This document shows positions 26,190-40,580 of a DNA stretch of 64,000 nt, piece after piece. A program made the position numbers and the translations under genes. Position 1 is the first letter of the stretch. Every line of letters begins with the position of its first letter. The stretch lies in assembly GCA_964016885.1 (NCBI GenBank), contig OZ024741.1, positions 282,224,001 through 282,288,000 of the forward strand. Direction: 5' to 3'. The DNA comes from Eledone cirrhosa (Eukaryota). Under the pieces are notes generated by a model, which had not been told where the DNA came from, did not search any database, and saw nothing but the letters and a program-made list of their open reading frames with translations.

Positions 26190-28322
26190 AAAAAACTATT
26201 TTTTACAAGTAAAGTATTTCATTGCACCAATCCTTATTCATGATTTTTCTAAATAAACACTTAAGGGGGAAAATAAACAATTTACTTGAGACTAGCAAAT
26301 AAACTCATTGTACAATGAAAGAGATATGCCAAAAGAAAACCAAAATATTTTAAAAACAGATTTTTGTATCAAATGACTGTAATTCTTGTTTTCTTCAACA
26401 CTCATTGCACATTAAATATCAATTGTTATTATTCTACTCAACCTTTGTTACCATATTTCTAATAAAACACTGTCTATGTGTATCAATTCATTAAACAAAA
26501 TTTGAAGACTTTAATGAGATAACTAACCTAAAAGCTGATCTTTAAAAAAAAATATGATGAAAGATTTCAACATAAGTACAAATATTTTGAAATTAACAGC
26601 CATGTATCATAAAACCAGGGCTGTTTAAAGCTGGTTGGTATCAAAAGGTTAAAAAAGAAGGATCTCTTGTAGCTATCAAGGCTTCTCCAATATCTAAGTC
26701 CAATGTTATAAATTCCTTATTTACAGACCATTATTGTAACAATATTTTTACACTATTCAAATAAATAAATAGATAAATAATTTGCACAGATAATGTGATA
26801 CAGATTGATAAATTTTGTGTTTGCAATCAAACTGTAAATTAACCATTTCCTAATCATATTTCTAATGAAATACACTCTATTTCAATTATCTGTTTTGGAT
26901 TTTTGAGGGATCTATCAAATTTACTAATTATTTCATTATTATGATGGTATCTGTAACATAGCTATGGAAAAAGCTTTTCTATAAAATTTTGCTGGAAAAT
27001 TTCAATTTAAATAGTAACACTTTATAATTGGTAGCTTTGTTTCATAACACCAGGGGCAGCTTTAGTGAGCTGGTATCAAAAGCATTATAGACCAAACCTT
27101 GGTTCAGCTAGTAAATTGTATTCCTAGGTAAAATATCACTCCATGTTGGTAAATTTAGTTTGCTAAGTCCGCAGTATTAAAAAAGAATTAGTAGGTACTG
27201 AAATAAATACATGAAAAATTTGAAAAGCTGAGCTTTATTTTTATACTTCACAATTATTGTCACCACATTAGTGATCTCATCATCCTAATTCACCTGTTTA
27301 TCCCTTTTGATACCCCTCGCCACACCTGAAACAGTCTTGGATTTATGATACACAACTACTTGTTTTAAAATGTTTATACCAATATTAAAACCTTCTGGCA
27401 TAATTTTATTTAAGAAATTTTTGATAAGTAATACTTAAAAAATCAGCTTACTATGGAAAAATTATTTATTTTATTAAAAGTTTCAAATTTTCAAAATTAA
27501 TTCATATACACAGGCATTGCATTTCATTAGAAATATGGTAACACAATGGTTAAGCTTCTAGAATTAAAGTAATGCATGAATTTATGTCTATTTTTAACCT
27601 ATATCTTTCCATAAACTAGCAATCATATAACTTCTATCATATTCTTTCATTCCAAGAGATACTCAGAAAATAAAAAATGTTCTTTCTTTGAAAACTTACA
27701 TCATACAATCCTAGTAACATATCTATATTAAACAAAAATGAAAATTTGGACCCTATTAATGCAACAACAGAATGAAAAAAAGTAGATGACAGTCAACACA
27801 TGACTGGATGCTGGAGGGGAAAACCATGATAATTCCCAAAAATAAAACCAGAAACCCACAATACGAGCATCCACATGTTTGATCAACTTGATTGACTCAT
27901 TGAATGAATGTGAAACGTGGCAGATTATTCCAGACATGTGTACACTTAATGTAGTTCTCAAGTAGAATCACTATGACAATGTGTGATGATGCTGGGCCTT
28001 TGCATTAGAAATTCAGTCTATCTAAGAGGCTTTTACACAGTCTCCTTGTAAAATTAATGCCTGACTGATAATTACAGATGATTCAACATTGTACAATGTG
28101 TAACAAGGCTGGTCCTTTACATTAGAGGCTGGTCCCTTGCATTATAGGTAGAGCGCATCCGATGGGCTTTTAGAAATTCCTTCTACCCAATTTAACTTAT
28201 AAGACTTGGTTTAATCCAAGGCTATGATAAAAGACATTTGCTCAAGATGCAATGCAGTGGGATGGAAACTAAACCCTCATGATTACAAGGCCAACTTCTT
28301 AACCACTTGGTCATGAATGTGT

Positions 28323-28364
<42 letters not shown>

Positions 28365-28673
28365 TTGTTTCCTTGAGCAAGACACTTTATTTCACATTGC
28401 TCCAGTTTACTCAGCTGTAGAAATGAGATGATAGGACTGGGGTCCCTATCATTCCACTGCAAAGTGATCGTGGAGGTTCCACGGCAAAAAAGCACCCAGC
28501 ACTCACTGTAAATGAGGTTGGTGTTAGGAAGGGCATCCAGTTGTAGAAATCAAGCCAGAATCAGTTCCCCTATGAGCAAGACAAGGACAGCCGACCAGAC
28601 TCTGCCCACAACAGGACAACCCGTCTAACCCATGCTAGCTTGGAAGAACGGACGTAAAACGGTGATGATGATG

Positions 28674-28716
<43 letters not shown>

Positions 28717-30384
28717 TCATCATCTCCATTTAATGTCCATTTTTCAATGGTAGCATGGGTTAGACCAGTTGTCCTGTTGTGAGAAATGCCAGTTCAGGTG
28801 ACCATGCCTTGCTCATACAGAACTGCTTTTAGCTTGGTTTCTATAGCTGGATGTCCTTCATAATGCCAACAACATTTATAGTGTGGGCTGGGTGCTTTTT
28901 GTCATTACACCTATATGACCATTTTACAGTCTGGGCTCATCCAACTCATGGTAGTATGGAAAAATTTGTATAAAAACGATGATTTAAACATACACATGTA
29001 TGTATTATACATATTTACATATGTATACATATATGTATATATGAGTATATATATATATATATGTTTGTATGCATGTATGTAAGTATATATGTATGTGTGT
29101 ACACATTTATGTATATGTTTGTATATATATCAATGTGCTCCTATATATGTATGCTTGTGTGCATGTGTATGTGCTTTTTGAATAGCCAACTTACCTCAAT
29201 ATAAAAGTAAAATAGAAATTAAAAACACATTGCCAATATGTCAATTAATTAAACTTGTGTCTGAGTAACAAGTTTCTAACAAAGAAGTGTTACATAGAAG
29301 TAGAGGAATTTTAATTGTAACTAAATTATTTATATAAGCTGTCCTAAAAAATGAAATCTGTTTTTATAATTTTTTTTTTTTCATTAAACTAATCATAATA
29401 CTGACTTCATACACAAGGATACAAATTTGTAAGAGAGTGATAACATTAACTGAATTCCATTTAGGAGGACAGTAGCTGTGATTAAGTACTGACTTGGTCT
29501 GTAACAACACATCCATCCCTTGCCAGCATAGTAAAACAAATGATGAAACAACCAAGCTGAAGCTTCGAAGTCCTTGCCACTTTGCTACACAAAAATTTAC
29601 ACTCTGCCCACAAATACTGAGTGCTCAATCAGTTAATGTTTAAATACTATGATATTTTAAACACACACACACACACATGTATGTATATATATTTAATTAC
29701 ATGATAAACAACACATAATTATTTCATTACCGAAGGTTGCGAGAAACTAGATGATTCTTGCAGAAACATCTAGCTCGTTTGTCATACAAAACAATTATAT
29801 TGTGTTGTTTCTTTTTTTTCTAGGTTTTGCACCTAGTAAGTTTCCCTCCAAGGTACAAGCCTGAACAAGGTTTGTTTTCTGTGGAAGACCAGTAGTCGCC
29901 TATGCATACCAGTCTCTCCTCTCCATGCCACCGATGTTGTCCAAGGGAAAGGCAATGACTGATACAGCTTGGCACCAGTGACATCACAACTCATTTATAC
30001 AGCTGAGTAAACTGGAGCAACGTGAAATAAAGTGTCTTGCTCAAGGACACAATGCATCACCCGGTCCGAGAATTGAACTCACAACCTCTCAATTTCAAGC
30101 CCAATACTCTAACCTCTAAGCCATGCACCTTCACTGTGTTCTTTATTATGTAATTAAATAGTTCTGTACAATACATAGAGCACTCTTCTTTCCTTTATCT
30201 TTTCTATGAAAATACTTAACACACACACACACATATATATATATATGGGAGGTCCCCCACTTCTGGGCAAGCAGCATATAAGGTTGCACCTTTCAATTTT
30301 TTTGCACCACTTCTTACAACCATTAATGTCTCTTCAACCTGACCAAAAACACACCTATGCATTTTGGTGTTGTAATATGGTAGT

Positions 30385-30640
30385 GATCATCATCATCATA
30401 TCTTGTTGCGCCAGTGCCGTATCCATTGAAGTGCAGCGTCGTTTGCTTCCATCAGGTCTTGGTCGGAGCATGTGGGTCCCAGTGAGCACCCACAGAGGAT
30501 GTGGGCTATGGTCTGGGAGGTCTCGTCGCAGAGGCACTCAGCGCAGGTGGCCAATCCCCACTTGTGGATGTTGTCTCCAGTTTTGCCCGTTTTGGCTCTG
30601 GCCCTGTTTAGGGTTACCCAGTCCTTTCTGCTAAGAGATG
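30385..30640 (-). pseudogene. 3' end of an Ingi/Vingi-like LINE (C-terminal zinc knuckle)
   Basis: WVTLNRARAKTGKTGDNIHKWGL..CLCDETSQTIAHILCGC..LQWI, stop followed directly by a (GAT)n tail; clade assignment from memory of the motif. Confidence 0.6.
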
Positions 30641-31403
30641 TTCCACAATGAAACACAGCCAGCCCACTCTGTAAAGTGGTAGTGTTGGTGCTCCGATAAA
30701 AAGCACCCACGCCAGCCTGTAAGATGGAATGGCTGGAGTGATAACAAAATGCACCCAGTACACATTGTAAAGTGTTTGGCATTAAAAAGGTCATCTAGCC
30801 ATAGAAACAAAGCCAAAAATGGAACACACATATAAGATGTGGTCAACTTACCATTTTAGTATCAGAACACAATGGCCCATCTAACCCATGCAAGCATGGA
30901 AAATAAGAAGACATTAAATGGTGATGATGATGATAATGATATACTTTGTAAACAGGGTGGTGTTAGGAAAGGCCTTCAACTGTAGAGACCTTGTCAAAAC
31001 CATTGATAATGAGGATTTGCCTCTGGTATATTTTTCTATCTTAAACTAGATCCAGATAAAAAGAAAAATCGAAAAATAGAGTATCTGAACTACAAAGGGA
31101 TGGCTAAGACTCCAAGGAGCTTAAAATCTAGAAAAGATATAAATACCTGGGAGTGGTTAAGGACCAGCTAACTCTAATATGAAATATATATTAACCCTTT
31201 CATTCCCATATATACTACTAAAACTCTGTGATTGCTTGCTTGCCTATAATGTAATGTAATGCAGCCAAAAGGGCGCATAATGGGAAAATACTTTGAAAGG
31301 AAGTTGACCCTGAAATGGAGATACAGATGGAATAAAACAAGTTTCGCGTAAATTGGAGCATGGGTTCCCGAGATATGGGGTTTTTCCGGGTACCTTCATA
31401 AAC

Positions 31404-31434
<31 letters not shown>

Positions 31435-31525
31435 TAGTGGCTGTGAGAGGGAAGATTGAAAGAGAGACATAGAGAGAGGGAGAGGAGACAGATAAGGAGA
31501 ATGGGAGAGAGAGATGGTGGTGTTG

Positions 31526-31574
<49 letters not shown>

Positions 31575-31930
31575 CAAGTGTGTGCATATATATGTGTTTG
31601 TGTCTATGACCAGTGTATATAGATCACAAACACCCACATATGTATACACACACACACATATATATGTATATACACACACACATTTATATATGCACCTTCT
31701 AGTTTCATTTCACATTATATACATATCTGTATATTTTAATTATTTAAAAATTATTTTTAAGTGAACATGATTAAAAAAAATATATATTTTGAAGTGAAAG
31801 TGACCCAACGGGTCATGGGTCGTCTAGTTTCTTATAAAGATCACTGCCAATGGTTTTCAATTAACTTTGAAAATAATCAAGAGAGAGATTTAGTAATATA
31901 ACTTTCTCCTTATTAAGTGTGTATGTAGAA

Positions 31931-32075
31931 CAGTCATGGGCAAACAGCGGCCCATTTAGCTTTCTGAATGGTATGCCTAGTTTCAAAATTGCCTTGAATT
32001 TTTTAGTAGTGCAGCCTGCCTTATAATGAACCACATTTTAAGCAGTCCACTGTTCAAAAAGGTTGCCCATGCCTG
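31931..32075. mobile_element. hAT MITE nested in a TTAA-family element
   Basis: TIRs cagtcatgggcaa / ttgcccatgcctg; 8-bp TSD atgtagaa / atttagaa. Confidence 0.8.
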
Positions 32076-33239
32076 ATTTAGAATATAATTGAACAAAGGT
32101 TCTTGCATAAAATTATGGTGAACAGAGTTTAGACATATATCAACAGCTTAAAACAAAAGGTTCTTCATTATAGATTCAGGAACAATTTCAGCTGGTTGGA
32201 TATCAAAAGGATTAAAAAAGCGAATTAAAATAATAAAGGTATGATGAGTAAAGTTGATGCTAAATTGTGAACTGAATGCAAGGAGTAATATAATTGTTTC
32301 TAATATTGGTAGAAGGCCAGCAATTTTGAGGGAGGGGAAAGTTGATTTTATATAGATCCAAATATTTGACTGTTACTTCCTTTTATCAGCATGAAAGGCA
32401 AAGTTGACCTCAATGGGATTTGAACTCAGAAAATAGAAAGCTGGAACAAACACTGCTAGACATCTGTGCGAGGCTCAAATGATTCTGCCAAGCCACTATC
32501 CTTGCAAGGAACAAAATAAAGACAATAAATTCCACCAGAATGCCTTAACTGTTATGTACCTTTACCATCATAAATTGAAAGAGGAGTGATATCTTAGGAT
32601 TATATATTAAAACATGCAAACCTTCACTAGATACACAGAATAGAATAGGTTTACAGAAATCAATGAATAAGAAGCATAGGAAGAATCCCATTAAAGAACT
32701 ACAGCAATTAAATTGAAAGTATACAGCAAAGAGATGGCAAATTGGCAGAATTGTTACAAAATCAGATAGAATGCTTTGTTCAAATTCTACCAAGGCCAAT
32801 TTTGCCTTTCATCCTTTCAAGATTGGTAAAGTGCCAGTTCAGTACTGGAGTCGATTCTTTCTCTATATCTCTTTCTCACGTCTTCTCTCCTCTGAAAGAA
32901 ATTAACTATTATCATCCGGGGATGGGCTCTGCCAGGTTTAAAGTGCCCAAGACACAATATTTGTTGTGATGACATTCCTACAACTCCATCAGGCATAATA
33001 CATACATAGATACATACATAAGTATTCATACATACATACATATATCAAAGGAAAGATAGACTACTGCAAATAGTATAAGACTATAATAAAAACAAAAGTC
33101 AATACCTCATCTACCAAACCAAATGATTTGCAAACAACACAAATATAAGTAAACATTCAAATATAAAAGAAAATACAGAGGTGAAGACTATGGGAAAATA
33201 AACCAATACATGGTAAATATCCAATATGGCTTATATATA

Positions 33240-33339
33240 TAAGGTGTCCAAAAAAATGTATACACACTTTGATTACCTGTACAGGCAATATTTATTAGAA
33301 TGTTGTTGAAGTATGTATATATTTTTGGGGGACACCTTG
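33240..33339. mobile_element. About 100-bp Tc1/mariner-type MITE
   Basis: TIRs aaggtgtccaaaaaaatgtatacacactt / aagtatgtatatatttttgggggacacctt, TA flanks. Confidence 0.75.
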
Positions 33340-33353
33340 TATATATATATGTA

Positions 33354-33721
33354 GATTCCTGAGTTGTGTCAGGGTGGGGTGGGGGTTAACCACAGTTAAA
33401 AAAGCACTCAATACATTGGTAGAGTATAGGCACCTTTATTCTATATAGAAATGATTTGATATGAACGAAACAGTTCATCCTGTAGAAGTCATATGTATAT
33501 ATATATATATATGCATCATCACATATATATATATATATATATATACATATATGACTTTCATTCATATCAAATCACCAGGAATGAATACTTCATATGAATG
33601 AAACAGTTCTAGTCCTGTAGAAATCATTTCTATATATAATAAAGATGCCTATACTCTACCAATGTATTGAGTGCCCTTTTTAACTGTGGTTACCCACCCC
33701 CACTGACACAACTCAGGAATC
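33354..33721. repeat. Inverted repeat with arms of about 100 bp (33354-33457 / 33621-33721)
   Basis: gattcctgagttgtgtcag...gaaatgattt versus aaatcatttc...ctgacacaactcaggaatc. Confidence 0.9.
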
Positions 33722-35706
33722 CACTTATATATATGCAAAAAGTAAACAGAAACAACAAAGCAAATAACACAGTACAATGAAGTACACCTGTTAGGAAGAT
33801 TTGGACCTACATATATTTACTGATGAAATGTGTCAATACTCAGTACTAGAAATAGTGACATATTATATACAGGAAAAGATGAGCAAAATAATGAGCACAT
33901 AGTGAATTTATACTCATTTATACTTGAAAAATCATGTAAAATACATGTGTGTAGAGAGAGATTTGACTGTTATGAGGTGACTTTAAGAATTTTGGCCTGT
34001 TATCAGATTCTAGCAATAAATTTGATTTTAGCTCTAAGTGTTGAAAAAAAATCTTTAAATTGATGTAGCAAGAGAATAAAATATTTTATGAATAATAGAC
34101 TAAGATTGTACAGGAGTTTGGCTATACATGGTCATTCAATGTGGAGAAACATTTAACCTTCTGATAAGAACCTGCCCCAAACCACCTCTTGTTCTAGCAT
34201 ATAAAAATCATCCATTTAAAAAGGTTCCTATTTAAATTAAAATCTTCAAACATAATTTTATATAAGAACCTTTTGTTATGTTACAAATATCATCTTAATA
34301 AAGAGATAATAATTTGGATAAATTCTTCGAAATTCTTCATTAATTAATTCAAATATAGTGTTTTATTAGAAATATGGTAATGAAAGGGTTAAGTTCATCT
34401 TATGAATGTTATCTTTTGTGTCTGTCAATTTCATTGTATGTGTTGCTGCAGTTTTGTTAAATTTTCTTTTGCAACTGTATAAGAGGTGAGTGTGTTTACT
34501 TCACATAGTTTCCCTGTTTTCTCTACAAGGAGTTATTGAAGGATGTTATTGTTTATAAATATGAGTTTAGGAAACCATTCTTTCTGTTGTTAAGAGGTTC
34601 ACCTCACAACCATTAGTTCTCAGGTTCAATCCCACAGCATGGTATCTTGGGCAAGTGTCATTTGCAGTAGCCTCACATTTAGTCATGCCTTTTGTGTGTG
34701 AAACTGTGTAGACAGACATTTTTGGAAGCCTGTCACTTGGACTGTACCTGCAATTCAAAAGGTCATCCTTGTTACACATTGTATCATACTGAATATCCCT
34801 GAGAGCTATGTTAACAGTAGACATGTCTATGGAATGTTCAACAATGTATAAAAACCAAATTTATTGTTACACTATTACCTCCATTGCACTTGATGAGATA
34901 TCATGTATGAAATAACATTGGCCATCTTGATATTGCATGAAAGATAAGCAATACTAGCAGATATATCGTCTCTAAGACCTCAGCTAGAGTAGGCTTTGAA
35001 ACCTTAGGTAGCATGTAATTGTGTTGAGAATATATTTATAATATATATATTTTAGCTTTGTACTTACCATGCTCTCTTTCTTTTATCTAGTCTATGTATA
35101 CTTTTCACACACATACACACACACACATGTCATTGGCAGCAACAATCTTTAATATTGATTTCCAAATTTAGGTAAAAGGTCAGCAAATTTCAAGAAAAAG
35201 TAAAGTTAATTCATTCAACCCCAGTATTTAACTGGTGCTTTATTTTATTGACACCAGAAGGATGAAAGACAAAACTGATCTTGGTGTGATTTCATCTCAG
35301 AATGAAAAGAGCCAGAACAAATACCATGATGGCAATTTACCCCACACTTCACCAATCCTACTAATCCATCACCCTGGACATTATTTTAATATTCACAGAT
35401 ACTTCCATTATCATTATCAACAGCATCACAATAATTGTTTAATTCATAATATTAGTTATTAAATAACCAAACCAAACAGATAGTAAATCTGCAATTTGTT
35501 TTTGGTATGTTAAACAATTTAGAGTTAAATGAATATCACAAAATTCAGTTCTCTTTTGTATGTACATGTTTGTGTGTATATATGTATCATATTTTTTCTT
35601 TAATAACAATAAATAAATAAACCTCACAATGTAAAAATAGACTAGCAGGAACAAACTAATGAAGTTATATTCAATAACTAAATGTTTCCATTAAAATTTA
35701 AAGCAG

Positions 35707-35774
<68 letters not shown>

Positions 35775-36040
35775 GAAATAGAGCCATTACTTGCAGATGT
35801 GTATGACTTAGTAGTATCATGCTTCCATTAAGGTTTCTAGTTACCTCTGCAGTCATGACCAGACATAGACAGCCTCTCCACCTGCCCTACTTTGATCCAA
35901 CAAATCATCAAGGACGTGGCAGTTGGAAGAGGGTTGCACCAGCACTGGGATGGTACTTTCTTTATCAACCTCAAAGGATGAAAGACAAAGTAAACCTCTG
36001 TAGGGTTTGAATTTAGAACTCAGAACAAATAAGCAATGTT

Positions 36041-36087
<47 letters not shown>

Positions 36088-36253
36088 TAATAATAATTAT
36101 GAAGACCAAAATCCAAAGCAGGCACGATAAGGATTGTATATATATATATATATATATATATAACGAAGAAAATGTGGTAAGGAACCAAGTGGACCATAAC
36201 GCACCAAAGTACTCAATACTTAGGGTAGTAGAGTGGGTAATATAGTAGAGTGG

Positions 36254-36288
<35 letters not shown>

Positions 36289-36532
36289 AAAAAAGCATAT
36301 ATAAACCCGTAGAGAAAATATTTATTATTAGTTCAGATTAAAGTTTAATCTGTACTAATATCATCATCATCGTTTAACGTCTATCTTCCACGCTAGCATG
36401 GGTTAGCCGGGAGTTGTCCCACTTGAAGCAAGATTGGTCGGGTGACCGCGTCTTGCTCGTATAGGACTATCTGGCAGGTTTTCTACGGCCGGATGCCCTT
36501 CCTAAGACCACCCACATTTACAGTGTGGACTG

Positions 36533-36571
<39 letters not shown>

Positions 36572-36603
36572 TATATATATATATATAATTAAATATATAT
36601 ATA

Positions 36604-37904
36604 CAGGGTGTGGACGATATTTGTTGGCAATTTTCAACTGCTAATTTTATGCAAATTTTTTTTACTTCCGTTGTCACTCTTGTCTTCATAAAAACAGTGA
36701 CTATATTTCCATTATTTATTTTCAGAATAATTGATTATGAATAATTTTGAACCTCCAAATTTGTGGAAGAGACACAGAGTTCTTCTTGGAATCCGCGCTG
36801 GGAGGACAAATAAGGAAATTTCAGACTTTCTCAGCGTCAGCAGGAGAATGGTGGAAAAGGTCAGAAAGGAATTAGAAGATTCAGGATTCGACTACGAAAC
36901 AACATCAGAGAGGAAAACACATGATCGATGATCTGACGCCTTCAGAACGCCTGAGTTCGTCGCTGAAGTTCAGGATATCATCAACAATGAACCTAGCAAG
37001 TCAATGCGTGCCATTGCAAGGGAGAAAGGTGTGGATGAAAAGCTCATTAGGCTGGTGGTACATGAAGACATTCGCTACGTTTCATACAAGATGAGGAAAG
37101 GACAATTTCTGTCAAAGGTGATGCAAGAAAAGCGACTGAAGCACACAAAGAAGCTGATCAACAAGTTGAAACACCCACTGGAGCCAGACATGCTGTGGTT
37201 TTTCTCCGACGAGAAAAATTTCTGCCAAGATCAGAAGATCAACTCCCAGAACAACAGGTGGCTGGCTGTCTCATCCAAAGATGTGCCCAGAGTCATGCAG
37301 ACAAAGTTTCCAGCGACAACATTGGTCTTAGGTGTCGTCAGCAGTCAAGGTGACGTCATATCACCTCACTTCTTCCCTGAGGGCCTCAAGCTGAACACCG
37401 ATGGCTACATCTGCATTCTGAGCGAGGTAGTAAAGCCCTGGCTCGACCAGATAGCTGCAGATAGGCCGTACGTGTGGCAGCAAGACTCAGCGCCCTGCCA
37501 TACCAGCCGAAAGACCCAAGCCTGGCTGTCAGAGAACTTCGTCGACCACACTTCACCTGACATTTGGCCTCCCAGCTCGCCTGACTGCAACCCCCTCGAT
37601 TTCTTTGTGTGGGGCGCAGTGGAACGAGACACCAACAGATCTAGCTGCAATACGAAAGACGATCTGAAGGCCAGGATCACAAGTGCCTTTAGGGGTCTAA
37701 GTCGGTGGACAGTGACGAAGGCCTGTAGCCGGTTCCAAGGCTGCCTTGAGGCCGTCATCAAAGCCAATGGCGGGTTTATCGAGTGAGATCGAAAGAACAA
37801 GTCATGAAGACAAACTGACCCAAGTTTGATAAATATATCTTAAATAAAACTACTGTCTTATTTTTTCCTAGACAGTAATCTTGCGAACAAATATCGTCCG
37901 CACC

Positions 37905-37907
<3 letters not shown>
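36604..37907 (+). mobile_element. Tc1/mariner superfamily DD37D (maT) transposon, 1304 bp
   Basis: 27-bp TIRs cagggtgtggacgatatttgttggcaa / ttgcgaacaaatatcgtccgcaccctg (2 mismatches), TA flanks. Confidence 0.95.
36737..37786 (+). pseudogene. DD37D transposase with one in-frame stop (TGA 36929-36931)
   Basis: The two track ORFs share a frame; FSDEK, WQQDSAPCH and SPDCNPLD motifs with 37 residues between D2 and D3. Confidence 0.92.
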
Positions 37908-37941
<34 letters not shown>

Positions 37942-37991
37942 ATTAAATATATATATATATATACATAATTAAATATATATATATATATACA

Positions 37992-40580
37992 GACAGTAAG
38001 GAAGAACATTTAGAGTCGGACAATATAGAGGGAGAGTGGGAATTTCTGAAAGCAAACCTGCTGTTGGCGACAGACGAGGTCTGTGGCTGGAGCAGGCCTG
38101 TAGGCAGGAGGAGAGTAACATGGTGGTGGAACAGTAAGGTGGAGGGGTCAATTAAGACCAAAAAGCAGGCTTGGAAAGTATGGCGGGATGGGGGAAGTAG
38201 AGAGGACTATCAAGTGGCCAGGAGGGAAGCTAGGAGACAAGTGTACTTAGCAAGAAGGGAAGCTGAGGAAAGAAAGTTCAAGCATGTTCTACAACGCGAT
38301 GACCAAAAACGTGAGGTGTTCAGGATTGCTAGGCAATGCGTCAAGGAAAACCGTGATATTGTCGGGGAGAAGTGTGTACTAAACGACGATGGCACACTTG
38401 CCATCACCGACGCTGATAAGAAGGTAGCTTGGAAGTGTCACTATGAAAGGCTACTAAATGAGGAGAATAATTGGGAGAAAGGCAGTCTCCCCCATATCGA
38501 CCCAATAGAGGGACCAGCAGTGTTAGTCGAGGGGAGTATAATAAGTAAGGCAATCAAGGATATGAAGACTGGTAAGGCGGCTGGGCCTTCGGAAATAGTT
38601 GCTGAGATGCTGAAGGCATCTGGCACGGTGGGACACACCATGGTCACCCGCATAGTTAACCAAGTCGTACAGAATGGGGTTGTTCCGAAGGACTGGCATA
38701 GCAGCATCATCGTTAACTGTTATAAGGGTAAAGGAGACGCCCTAGATAGGAGTAACTATAGAGGCATTAAATTAATCGACCAGGTCATGAAGGTCACGGA
38801 AAAAGTAATAGCGCAACTAATCAGAGAGAGAATTGACCTAGATGAAATGCAGTTCGGGTTTGTGTCAGGCAAAAGTACCACAGACGCTCTTTTCATAGTA
38901 CGACAACTACAGGAGAAGTACCTAGCTAAAGGTAAACCCCTCTACTTAGCTTTTGTCGACTTGGAGAAAGCCTTCGACAGAGTCCCCCGCTCCATTATCT
39001 GGTGGGCTCTTAGAAAACTAGGCGTTGACGAATGGCTTGTGAGGGCTATACAAGCCATGTATAAAGAAACAGTCAGCAAGGTTAGAATTAACAACGAATA
39101 TAGTGAAGAGTTTAGCGTAAAAGTTGGCGTCCATCAGGGCTCTGTTCTCAGTCCACTACTATTTATTATTGCCCTTCAGGCTATAACAGAGGAGTTCAAG
39201 ACAGGCTGCCCATGGGAACTCCTATATGCAGACGACCTGACACTCATAGCGGAATCAATGGCCGAGCTAGAGAAGAAATTCCAATCATGGAAGCACGGCC
39301 TAGAGTCAAAAGGACTTAAAATTAACCTGGCTAAGACCAAAGTACTAGTTTGTAGGAAAGAAAACAAGGCGGCGGTTCCTTCTGGGAAATGGTCGTGCTC
39401 GGTGTGTAGGAAAGGCGTAGGTAGAAACTCCATTTTATGTCCTAAATGCAAAGTATGGGTGCATAAAAGATGTAGTGGGATCACAGGTAAGCTAACTAAG
39501 AACATAGATTTTACATGTGGCCGGTGCTCTGGTGCAATAAGTAGCAGCAAGTGCCCACAAACTACTAGCTCTTTCAATTGCGCAGAGGGTTCTATAGAAA
39601 TAGTGGACAGCTTCCGTTACCTGGGCGATAAAATCAGCAGTGGGGGAGGGTGCTCTGAAAGTACTGTAGCTAGAGTCAGAACTGGTTGGAAAAAGTTCAG
39701 AGAGCTTATACCACTATTAGCTGCTAAAGGGTTCTCACTAAAAATGAAAGGCAGGTTGTACGATGCCTGCATACGAACAGCAATGCTGCATGGCAGTGAG
39801 ACCTGGGCATTGTGTGCAGAGGATATACGCAGACTAGAGAGGAACGAAGCTTGCATGCTCCGCTGGATGTGTAACAGTAATATACGTGAACGGCAAAGCA
39901 TAAACGAACTAAGGAAAAAATTAGAGATAAGAGGGATCAGATGTTGTTTACTCGAGAGAAGGCTACGTTGGTATGGACACGTGATGCGCATGAAAGTCGA
40001 TAGCTGTATAACAAAGTGCAGGGCAATAAAGATAGACGGTAGTCACGGAATAGGCAGACCTAGAAAAACCTGGGACGAGCTGATAAACTCCGACATCACA
40101 CACTTACACCTCTCCAAGACAATGTCACTGGACCGAGACCTTTGGCGGTACTCAGTAACAGAGAAGACCCGCCTTACCTAAATATATAGTAAAACCTACT
40201 CCAGCCAGTAGGCATCTCTAACAAAATACACCCCGTCCCACCACCACCACCCCCACCCGATCCACACCACCCCGTTCTATGTAAAGTTATGTTGGTGCCG
40301 CGCCATCGAGGCCGAAACAAATGAGATCGTGTAGGTGTCACGACAAAAAAACACACAGTCCACGCTGTAATGTGGCCGTGTAGGCAACACGGTAAAAACC
40401 TCCCAGACCCACACTGTAAATGTGGTTGGTGTTAGGAAGGGCATCCAACTGTAGAAAACCTGTCAGACAGTCCTATGCGAGCAAGACAATCACTCTTGCC
40501 TCAAGTGGGACTACCCCCGTCCAAACCCATGCAAGCGTGGAACACGGACGTTAAACGTTGATGATGATGATGATGATGAT
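37992..40580 (+). mobile_element. RTE LINE copy C, 5'-truncated; open 705-aa RT ORF 38064-40181
   Basis: Complete RT motifs (KGKGD..NYRGI, QFGF, DLEKAFD, YADD), (GAT)n tail, acataattaa(at)n on both sides as a probable TSD. Confidence 0.96.
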
